From contig CAWEWK010000005.1 in NCBI GenBank assembly GCA_963812755.1, positions 498,432 through 562,431 of the forward strand: a stretch of 64,000 nt of DNA, read 5' to 3'. The first letter of the stretch is position 1; every line of letters starts with the position of its first letter. The position numbers and the translations under genes were made by a program. The notes under the pieces were generated by a model. It was given only the letters and a program-made list of their open reading frames with translations, was not told where the DNA came from and did not search any database. Origin of the DNA: an uncultured Gemmatimonadales bacterium. Its GTDB lineage: Bacteria > Gemmatimonadota > Gemmatimonadetes > Gemmatimonadales > GWC2-71-9. Below, in pieces: positions 32,701-39,728 of this stretch.

Positions 32701-33286
32701 GACCCACGATCTCTGGCGGGGAGCGGTTGGAGTCGACACCTCGGATTTCGATCCTTTTCTTCAAAACGTGAGCGCCAGCTTCGCCATCTCGGGCGGCTTC
32801 TTCCGCTCTATCGGATCGATCTTCGGACTGGGTGGGGGCGAGCGAAAGGGTCGAGCCGCCAGGGACGAGGTGCCTCGGGGCTACGTGGCCGAGTCGGGAC
32901 GCCGAACTCGACCGGGTTCGTTCTTCACCACCACTCAGGCGCCGCTCCAGCGGGGCCGCGCCTTTTCGGCCAGCTTCAATTACAGCCTGAGCCGGCAGCG
33001 CCCGGTGGAAGGCCAGCCGGCCCCGGACGACACTCAGAACCTCGGCTTTTCCACGAGCTTCTCGCCCACGCCATTCTGGTCCCTCTCCTGGTCCTCCCAG
33101 TTCAACATCACCGACTCCAAGTTCGAGTCGCAGGTGGTGCGGCTGGAGCGCGATCTGCACGAGTGGCGGGCGGGATTCAACTTCGTGCGGAACCCGAACG
33201 GCAACTTTGCCTTCTACTTCTCCATCTATCTGACCGACCTGCCGGATCTCAAGTTCGACTACGATCAGACGACTTTTGAGCAGTAG
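29777..33286 (+). CDS. TatC - LptD fusion ORF (Sec-independent translocase TatC domain followed by LPS-assembly protein LptD)
   Basis: Residues 1-240 are TatC-like (MPFLDHLEELRGRIL, six hydrophobic segments). Residues 240-265 look like a signal peptide (SRRRRK-AAIAAALLLGLGLAG-QPAQA). The rest is LptD-like (OstA-type N-terminal region, TSCDLP, VPILWLPFIF..RRSGILIPQFG). There is no stop codon between the parts. Confidence 0.8.
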   Translation: MRSSTGEMPFLDHLEELRGRILRSLAAVIVGFGAGLWVVHQFRLVSLLKQPIAPYLMDGKLIVTSPTEPVMIVFKLGFLVGLVLASPFILWQLWAFLAPALYEREKKALVPSLFIGLLLFLTGAALGYVYVIPQALRVLFSFQTEAIAPFITYDAYFGFVLQIVLALGISFELPLVMIILAWLGVVGPLELSRFRRYAVVLAFIAGAVLSPGADLLSMVMMTVPLLLLYEVGFAGAVVISRRRRKAAIAAALLLGLGLAGQPAQAQEPVPQRRPRVTQADSLRDTLRTRRDSLRNQPGQSLDTATARRLGLPTAPSRSFAPPDSVVTELLNRRGYQSTRYRADSATVFVQEERVRLEGQALTERQGSMLEADTITYRRDSCLLDAAGDPHLFDRGQVMVGQGIRYDTCRRRGIIADALTNFTEGSTVWFLRGNVAQDSSSSRIYAGSSEITSCDLPTPHYHFSAREVKWVSRTVLVARPVTLYVRDVPILWLPFIFQDVRPGRRSGILIPQFGLNDLVRPSRSYNRQVTNVGYYWAPNDYLDLTGRLDWFSNRYVQYGVTGQYRWLNRFLSGTLGFNEQRQVGGGSGLSLRWDHRQTFDLNTSLNLALNYASNTTVTQRNAIDPLQNTQQITSSLNFSKRYGWGTLTVGGNRRQSLTDQSVQQLLPAVTLSPVPIPIGGDITWSPNLSFTNNTTSRTPGLPDLIQVLPGGALDTLSQLGSSRITALSFDTPVRFGSFNWQNSIRVNDQVNDGRDSVRFLVDDPTTPEPTDSTVVIRTFPGDFESSLDWDTGINLPVLFRGSWKLQPTLGISNTTSGAFAIRNRNTNGSWVQQGKRFSFGATASPTLFAFFPGIGPLGRIRHSVSPVITWSYEPAADIPEEYARAITQPGQPVLLRSDASQRVNLSLSQTFEGKHRPPPGDTSSVDAPKVRLLSISTSGLAYDFEQAKKPGRTGWATQTITNSLLSDLLPGFNLSLTHDLWRGAVGVDTSDFDPFLQNVSASFAISGGFFRSIGSIFGLGGGERKGRAARDEVPRGYVAESGRRTRPGSFFTTTQAPLQRGRAFSASFNYSLSRQRPVEGQPAPDDTQNLGFSTSFSPTPFWSLSWSSQFNITDSKFESQVVRLERDLHEWRAGFNFVRNPNGNFAFYFSIYLTDLPDLKFDYDQTTFEQ

Positions 33287-33300
33287 GTGTCATCAAAAGA

Positions 33301-33427
33301 GGGCTATGGGCTATCGGCTATTGGCTATCGGCTATGGGCTATCGGCCAGGGGCCCAAGGGCTACGCACTTTGGGGCTTGGCTGGCAGTAGCCGATAGCCG
33401 ATAGCCGATAGCCGATAGCCCCTAGCC
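33301..33427. repeat. inverted heptamer-array repeat, copy C (largest)
   Basis: The left arm has about 6.5 units (GGGCTATGGGCTATCGGCTATTGGCTATCGGCTATGGGCTATCGGCC). The right arm is GTAGCCGATAGCCGATAGCCGATAGCCGATAGCCCCTAGCC. The spacer is about 39 nt. Confidence 0.9.
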
Positions 33428-33479
33428 TGTGGCATATCTCCTGCTCTGCCAGGGGTATCCCTCATTGGAGAACGCTCGT

Positions 33480-34334
33480 ATGCGTGGCTGGTGGATCCCG
33501 GTCGTGGCGGTGCTGGCAGCCTGCTCGAACGATTCCGGAACCGGTCCCGGGAGTGCTCCCGAGACCCCCACGTTCCTCAACAGCACGTCCCTGGACGGCG
33601 CAATCGCTCTTGTCTGGTCGGACAACCCGTATACCTCCGAGCCGGGCAACTTCCAGAATTATCGGGTCTACAGCACCACATTCGACATCGACGCGACTCC
33701 CGCGACCTGCGGCAATTCCTGGCGGCTGGAGGGCACCACGGTCGCGAACGAGTTCCTGGTCGGCGCGCTCAGCAATGGGATACCCCGATGCTTCTCGGTG
33801 ACCGCGGTGAGCGTGGACGGGTTCGAGGGCGATCGCTCTCCCTTGCGGGGAGACACGCCGCGCCCCGACTCCCGCAACGTGGCGCTCACCACCATCCAGG
33901 CCGATGCCTCCAACAGCGGCTTCCGGTTCTGGGAAGACAGCAACGGTGACGGAACAGTGCAGCCCGGCGAGCTCGGCATCGTGCAAACCGGCAACTCGTC
34001 CACGATCGACTTCTTCGTGGACGAGGACCCCAGCGGCGACCTCTTCCTGCAACCGGTGCGTCCCGGGACCGGAGTGGAGTACTACGACGAGAATGCGCCG
34101 GTGGAGGATCTTACCGGCATCGACCTCGCCGCGGACCGGGACTACCGGACCACCGGCATCGTCGCCGTCCCCGGGTTCGGCTACGTCTTCGAGATGGATG
34201 GCGGCGACGGATTCCCCCGCTACGGAGCCCTGCGGGTGACTCATGTGGGACAGACCTTCCTGATCATGGACTGGGCCTTCCAGACCGATCCGGGCAACCC
34301 AGAGCTGTTGGTGATATCGGGCCGGAAGAAATAG
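33480..34334 (+). CDS. hypothetical lipoprotein with FN3-like region
   Basis: ATG 33480 was chosen because GTG 33429 lies inside the repeat. Lipobox LAAC. LDGAIALVWSDNP...YRVYS...FSVTAVSVDGFEGDRS resembles a fibronectin-III strand pattern. Confidence 0.6.
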   Translation: MRGWWIPVVAVLAACSNDSGTGPGSAPETPTFLNSTSLDGAIALVWSDNPYTSEPGNFQNYRVYSTTFDIDATPATCGNSWRLEGTTVANEFLVGALSNGIPRCFSVTAVSVDGFEGDRSPLRGDTPRPDSRNVALTTIQADASNSGFRFWEDSNGDGTVQPGELGIVQTGNSSTIDFFVDEDPSGDLFLQPVRPGTGVEYYDENAPVEDLTGIDLAADRDYRTTGIVAVPGFGYVFEMDGGDGFPRYGALRVTHVGQTFLIMDWAFQTDPGNPELLVISGRKK

Positions 34335-34405
34335 CTCCTCGGCCGCGATCGCCGGGCCAGGCTCGCCAACCTTGAATCCCTCGCCCGGCTCCATCAACTT
34401 CGGGC

Positions 34406-35935
34406 GTGCCCCAGCCCACCTGTGTGCTCGACGGCCAGTCGCTCACGATCCCCGACGTGGTTCGGGTGGCTCGTGATCCGGCGTCCAGCATCGCTCTGCA
34501 ACCGAATGCCCACGCCGCCTTGGAGACCAGCCGCCGACTGGTCGAGGCGGCGGTCGCCTCCGGTCAAACCATCTACGGGATCAACACCGGGTTCGGCAAG
34601 CTCGCCAACGTCCGTATTGCACCCGACCAGCTGAGCCAGCTCCAAGTCAACCTGATCCGCAGCCATGCCGCCGGCGTGGGACCGCCGCTTCCCGCCTCGG
34701 TGGTTCGGGCCATCATGGTCCTACGGGCCAACGTGCTGTTGCGGCCGACCAGCGGAGTGCGGCCGGAGCTGGTCGAGGCCCTGATCGCGATGCTCAACGG
34801 GGGAGTGCTCCCTCTGGTACCGGAGCAGGGGAGCGTGGGTGCGAGCGGCGATCTGGCTCCGCTCAGCCACATTGCCCTTGCACTCATGGGCGAGGGGGAT
34901 GTCCTGCAGGACGGAAGGGCGATTCCCGCGGACAAGGCGCTGGCCGCCGCCGGGCTCGAGCCCTACCGCTTCGGCCCCAAGGAGGGACTGGCGTTCATCA
35001 ACGGCACCCAGGCGCAGACTGCGATACTGGCTCTCCTCGTCCACGACGCCGGTGTGCTGTGGCGGACCGCCGTCGGCGCCGCCGCGATGAGCCTGGAGGC
35101 GCTGCGGGGTACTCCCGCGCCGCTCGATCCCCGGATTCATGAGGCGCGGCCTCACCGAGGCCAGCTTCGGGCAGCCTCGCTCATGCGCGACTTGCTGGCG
35201 GATAGTGAAATCCGGGAGTCACATCGAGTCGACGACCCCCGGGTGCAGGATGCCTACAGCCTTCGCTGTGCTCCCCAGGTGCTCGGCGCGGTAGCCGACG
35301 CCCTCCGGTTTGCGGAGGAGACCGTCACCGTGGAGCTGAATGCGTCGACCGACAACCCCCTGGTGTTTCCCGACGGAGAGGTGATATCCGGCGGCAACTT
35401 TCATGGTCAGCCGGTGGCGCAGGCGCTGGACGTGCTGGCACTCACTCTCACTACGTTGCAGGCCATTGCGGAGCGACGGGTGGAGCGGCTGGTGAACCCC
35501 GATCTGTCGCAAGGGTTGCCGGCGTTCCTGACCGGCGACCCCGGCCTCAGCTCGGGCTTCATGATGGTGCAGATCACCGCGGCATCGTTGGTGGCGGAGT
35601 CCCGTTCGCTTGCGATGCCGGCCAGCATCGGCTCGATCCCTACGGACGCCAATCAGGAGGACTTCGTGCCGATGGGGATGGCCGCGGCTTACAAGGCGCA
35701 GCGGATTCTGGCCAACGCCCAGCGTGTAGTCGGGGCCGAGCTGCTCTGCGCGGCCCAAGGCTTGGAGTTTCTCAGGCCTCTGCGTGCGGGACGGGGAGTC
35801 GAGCGGCTCCATGCCAGGCTCCGTGCGCTCCGGCCGCCGGTCCTGGCATTGGATCAGGACCGACCCCCGGCCCCCGACCTGGAGCGGCTGGCAAGGGCGG
35901 TGGCAAGCGGGGAGCTCGATCCAGCGGGGCAATAG
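34406..35935 (+). CDS. hutH: histidine ammonia-lyase
   Basis: MIO-forming GASGDLAPLSH, the SHAAGVG (Ser-His selectivity pair of HAL) and FHGQP. Confidence 0.92.
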   Translation: MPQPTCVLDGQSLTIPDVVRVARDPASSIALQPNAHAALETSRRLVEAAVASGQTIYGINTGFGKLANVRIAPDQLSQLQVNLIRSHAAGVGPPLPASVVRAIMVLRANVLLRPTSGVRPELVEALIAMLNGGVLPLVPEQGSVGASGDLAPLSHIALALMGEGDVLQDGRAIPADKALAAAGLEPYRFGPKEGLAFINGTQAQTAILALLVHDAGVLWRTAVGAAAMSLEALRGTPAPLDPRIHEARPHRGQLRAASLMRDLLADSEIRESHRVDDPRVQDAYSLRCAPQVLGAVADALRFAEETVTVELNASTDNPLVFPDGEVISGGNFHGQPVAQALDVLALTLTTLQAIAERRVERLVNPDLSQGLPAFLTGDPGLSSGFMMVQITAASLVAESRSLAMPASIGSIPTDANQEDFVPMGMAAAYKAQRILANAQRVVGAELLCAAQGLEFLRPLRAGRGVERLHARLRALRPPVLALDQDRPPAPDLERLARAVASGELDPAGQ

Positions 35936-36052
35936 GCCGTCGCGGGGTCGCTGCCCCGCGGCCTCACGGCGTTCTTGCCCCCCCCTAGACCGCCCGGTAT
36001 CTTTCGGTCGCTCCAAGCCTTACCCCACTCCTCTCTCTCACACCCGAGCCGC

Positions 36053-38185
36053 ATGAATCTGGAAAAGCTGAAAGACACGGCGCGGAAGTTCGAGCAGAAG
36101 GAGGACTGGCGAAAGGCGATCGAGGTTTACCTCAAAGCCATCCAGCAGATTGAGTCCGGGGCCGAGACTTCTCCCGATCTCTCCCTCTACAATCGGGTCG
36201 GAGACCTGTACCTCCGGATCAACGACACCCCCTCTGCGGTGCGTTCCTACGAGAGGGCGGTGGATCTCTACGCTGACCAGGGATTCTTCAACAACGCTAT
36301 CGCGTTGTGCGGCAAGATTCTCCGGGTGAATCCCGGTCGGACTCAGACCTATCTGAAGCTCGCCCAGCTGCACGCCCGCAAGAACGTGGTCATCGAGGCC
36401 AAGCGAAATCTGATCGAGTTCCTCGAACGGATGAACGCCTTGGGCCAGCTCGACCCAGCATTCCAATCCGTCAAGGAATTCGCCGACCAATTCTCCGGTA
36501 GCCAGGACATCCGGATCATGTTGGTCGAGTTGCTTCGCGCGGCGTCTCGCGAAGACGAAGCACGGGAGCAGCTGGAAAAGCTCGCCGGCGAGTTGGAGTC
36601 GCGGGGTGAGCGCGGAGGCGGAAGGCACGTCCCCTCACCCGAACAGACCGACGAGGCCGGTGAGGCCCCCACTCCCCGGCCCCGCCCCGGAACCGGGCGG
36701 GCCGGTGGTCTGGTATTTCTGGACACTGGCATCGAACTGCCAACGGCTCCCCACGCGGCTGCGGAAGAACCGGTGACCGAGCCACCCGAGGGGTTGATAG
36801 TCAGCGAACCGCTCACCGGAGCGGTGGAGGCGGCAGGTGAGCTGATCATCGATCCCCTCACGCCCGTCCCCATCCAAGGTGGCGAGGTCATCCCGGGTCT
36901 GGAGCAAACCGACGACGTGGATCTCACGCCGGTGGATAGGATCGAGGCCGCTGCATTGGATCTCGATCAGCCCGAGCCGGCCGAGTTGGACTTCGAGGCG
37001 CCTCCAGTGGAAGGAATCGAGGAGTCAGACCTGATGGATCTCGAGACCACTGAATCGGCGGCCCCGGCGGAAGACCTGGACCTGATCGATGCGGAGATTG
37101 CCGACGACCTCGAGCCGGTGGCGCCCACCACCGGGCTGCCGATCATTCCGGTCGAAGGCGGCGGGACGGGAAGTGTCGCCGAACTGGAAAACCGAATCCT
37201 GGACGACCCCGACAACCCAACGCTCCACGAGGCTCTGGCCGACCGCCTACTGACCGAGGGCGACGAGATCCGCGCTCTCGAGGAGCTGGAGTTGGCCCTC
37301 GCAGGTTACGAGACAGGGCAAGATTGGCCTCGCGCCTCCGCCACCGCAAACCGGCTGGTGACGCTGGCGCCTGAGGTCATCCGTTACCATCAGAAACGGG
37401 TCGAGTTGGCCTACCGGCAGGGTGATCGGGCCCCTCTGCTCGAGGCATACCTCGCGTTGGCCGAAAGTCTGGCCAAGGCCGGGGCCACCGAAAAGGCGAT
37501 CGCGGTGTACAGCCGGGTGGAGGAACACGATCCCGGCAACGTCAGGGCCGTCGCGGCCCTCAGGGCTTTGGGCAAGCCTCCCGAGACCGCGACCGCCCCA
37601 TCGCCACCCAAACCAAGCCCCCCGCCACCAGCTCCCAAGGCCGCGGGAGACAGCTTCGTCGATTTCGGTTCCTTGGTGCTCGATGAGTCGACTCCCCGGG
37701 ACACCCGGATGCGTGTCGCCCGGAGGGAGCCGGAAGACCAGGACGACCAGCGAGAGTTCCAAGAGATTCTGGATCAATTCAAGCGAGGCATCGATCAGAA
37801 TCTCGATACTGAGGATTACCAAGCCCACTACGACCTCGGTATCGCTTTCAAGGAAATGGGATTGCTGGACGAGGCGGTCGAGGAATTCCAGAAGGCGCTG
37901 CGGTCACCGGAGGGCCGCCTGCGGACCTCGGAAGCCCTGGGTCTCTGCTTCTTCGAGAAGAACCAGTTCGCCATTGCCGAGAGCGTGCTCCGCCGTGCGG
38001 TGGAAGGCCTGGAGGGGGGAGACGACGCCAAGATCGGCCTGCTGTACTGGCTGGGCCGGGCATCGGAAGCCCAAGGAAAGGACCGCGAGGCCATCGGTAG
38101 CTACGAGCGGGCTCTGGCGGTGGACATCAGGTTCATGGATCTAGGCCAGCGGATCCAGCGGCTCACCGCCGGACGGCACGAATGA
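36053..38185 (+). CDS. TPR repeat protein with acidic low-complexity centre
   Basis: ATG 36053. There are TPR units at both ends (AIEVYLKAIQ, AVRSYERAVDLY; AVEEFQKALRSP, AIGSYERALAVD). The central region is Asp/Glu/Pro-rich. Confidence 0.7.
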   Translation: MNLEKLKDTARKFEQKEDWRKAIEVYLKAIQQIESGAETSPDLSLYNRVGDLYLRINDTPSAVRSYERAVDLYADQGFFNNAIALCGKILRVNPGRTQTYLKLAQLHARKNVVIEAKRNLIEFLERMNALGQLDPAFQSVKEFADQFSGSQDIRIMLVELLRAASREDEAREQLEKLAGELESRGERGGGRHVPSPEQTDEAGEAPTPRPRPGTGRAGGLVFLDTGIELPTAPHAAAEEPVTEPPEGLIVSEPLTGAVEAAGELIIDPLTPVPIQGGEVIPGLEQTDDVDLTPVDRIEAAALDLDQPEPAELDFEAPPVEGIEESDLMDLETTESAAPAEDLDLIDAEIADDLEPVAPTTGLPIIPVEGGGTGSVAELENRILDDPDNPTLHEALADRLLTEGDEIRALEELELALAGYETGQDWPRASATANRLVTLAPEVIRYHQKRVELAYRQGDRAPLLEAYLALAESLAKAGATEKAIAVYSRVEEHDPGNVRAVAALRALGKPPETATAPSPPKPSPPPPAPKAAGDSFVDFGSLVLDESTPRDTRMRVARREPEDQDDQREFQEILDQFKRGIDQNLDTEDYQAHYDLGIAFKEMGLLDEAVEEFQKALRSPEGRLRTSEALGLCFFEKNQFAIAESVLRRAVEGLEGGDDAKIGLLYWLGRASEAQGKDREAIGSYERALAVDIRFMDLGQRIQRLTAGRHE

Positions 38186-39171
38186 GCTCTCAGACCGCAC
38201 CGGTATCGCTGGCCGACCTCCAGCGTCCGCTGCGCCCGCGGCTCGAGCGGGTGCAGCAGGAGCTGCGCAGAATCGTCGAGGCGGACTTCGGGCTGATCAC
38301 CCAGGTCAATTCGCACCTGTTCCAGATGCAGGGCAAGATGTTTCGCCCGACGCTGCTGCTCCTGGCCGACGAGGCCACCGGCACGGGTGATCCCCGGGCT
38401 ACCACGCTGGCCGCGGTGGTAGAACTGATCCATCTCGCCACGCTGGTCCACGACGATTCGGTGGATCATTCGGTGCTGCGGCGCGGGATGCCTACGGTCA
38501 ACTCCCTCTTCAGTCACCAGGTCTCGGTGATCATGGGAGATTACCTGTACTCCCGGGCGGTCATCGAGCTGGTCCGGCTGGACGACCTGGAGGCGCTGCG
38601 AGTGGTGAGCCGGGTGACCAACGAAATGACGGTGGGTGAGATGCGCCAGCTGCTGGCTCACGACCCGCTGCAGTTCTCTGAGGAAGAGTACGATCTGCTG
38701 ATCCGCTCCAAGACGGCCTCGCTGGTGGAGGGCGCGTGCGAGGTAGGCGCGCTCAAAGCGGCGCCCGAGGAACGGAATGCCCTCCGGCGGTTCGGCGAGG
38801 CGCTCGGGATGGCGTTCCAGATCGTGGACGACCTGCTGGATTACGTGGGGGATGTCAGCGTCACCGGGAAGTCCTCCGGATCGGACCTGCGGGAGCACAA
38901 GGTGACGCTCCCCCTCATCGCGGCGCTTCCCAGAATGTCCCAGGCGGAGCAGGACCTGGTCGCAGACCTGCTCACCTCGCCCGAGCCGACCGACACCCAG
39001 ATTCAGCAGGTGATCGCCGCCGTGGCTGACGCCGGAGGACTGGAGTACGCCCGGGGACGGGCGCTTCAACTGGCGGAGCAGGCCGACTCGGTACTGGACC
39101 GGCTCACTCCCTCGCCGGCCCGGGAGGCGTTACGAGACAGCATCACCTACGTCGTGGACCGCAGACGCTGA
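38182..39171 (+). CDS. ispB: polyprenyl diphosphate synthase (IspB-like)
   Basis: First Asp-rich motif LVHDDSVDHSVLRRG and second motif FQIVDDLLDY. ATGA overlap with the upstream gene. Confidence 0.9.
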   Translation: MSSQTAPVSLADLQRPLRPRLERVQQELRRIVEADFGLITQVNSHLFQMQGKMFRPTLLLLADEATGTGDPRATTLAAVVELIHLATLVHDDSVDHSVLRRGMPTVNSLFSHQVSVIMGDYLYSRAVIELVRLDDLEALRVVSRVTNEMTVGEMRQLLAHDPLQFSEEEYDLLIRSKTASLVEGACEVGALKAAPEERNALRRFGEALGMAFQIVDDLLDYVGDVSVTGKSSGSDLREHKVTLPLIAALPRMSQAEQDLVADLLTSPEPTDTQIQQVIAAVADAGGLEYARGRALQLAEQADSVLDRLTPSPAREALRDSITYVVDRRR

Positions 39172-39443
39172 TGGCCAGCGGCCCGCACCGGCCGGGGTTT
39201 TACATCGGCGTCCTGATCGCGGGATTCGTCGCGGGCGGTGCGCTCACCGCCTTGCTGCGCCAGACCCTTCCCGAGAGCGCCGCGCGCACCTTCTTCACCG
39301 ATACCTGGACTGCCAGTTTCGGGCCTGTCTCGATGGATCTTCTGGTGATAAGCTTCACCCTGGGGCCGATCGGGGTGCACGTGTCGCTGCTCAGCTTGAT
39401 CGGCGTCCTGGTCGCGTACCTGATCGCGCGGTCGCTTTTCTAG
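39171..39443 (+). CDS. small membrane protein (possibly DUF4321-like)
   Basis: 90 aa with two clear hydrophobic segments. The ATG shares one base with the ispB TGA. The family assignment is tentative. Confidence 0.5.
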   Translation: MASGPHRPGFYIGVLIAGFVAGGALTALLRQTLPESAARTFFTDTWTASFGPVSMDLLVISFTLGPIGVHVSLLSLIGVLVAYLIARSLF

Positions 39444-39451
39444 GAGGTCTT

Positions 39452-39703
39452 GTGCCTAATCTCGGCTTCGGCGAAATCATGCTGATTCTGGTGGTGGTCC
39501 TGCTGCTCTTCGGAGCCAAGCGGCTGCCAGAGGTAGGAGCATCTATCGGGAAGGGAATTCGGGAGTTCAAGCGAAGCCTGACCGAGACCCAGGACGCCAT
39601 CATGGGCTCGGAGGAGCAGCAGCGCAATCTTCCGCCGCGCCAGGACGAGCCAGCGCCCAAGTCTACGGCGTCGTCGGGGGACCCGAAGCGCTTATCTCAG
39701 TAA
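39452..39703 (+). CDS. tatA: twin-arginine translocase subunit TatA/E
   Basis: AGGAGG lies 4-5 nt before GTG. GFGEIMLILVVVLLLFGAKRLPEVGASIGKGIREFK. Confidence 0.9.
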   Translation: MPNLGFGEIMLILVVVLLLFGAKRLPEVGASIGKGIREFKRSLTETQDAIMGSEEQQRNLPPRQDEPAPKSTASSGDPKRLSQ

Positions 39704-39728
39704 GGCGAAGTGAGGGCGTCCTTTCCGT

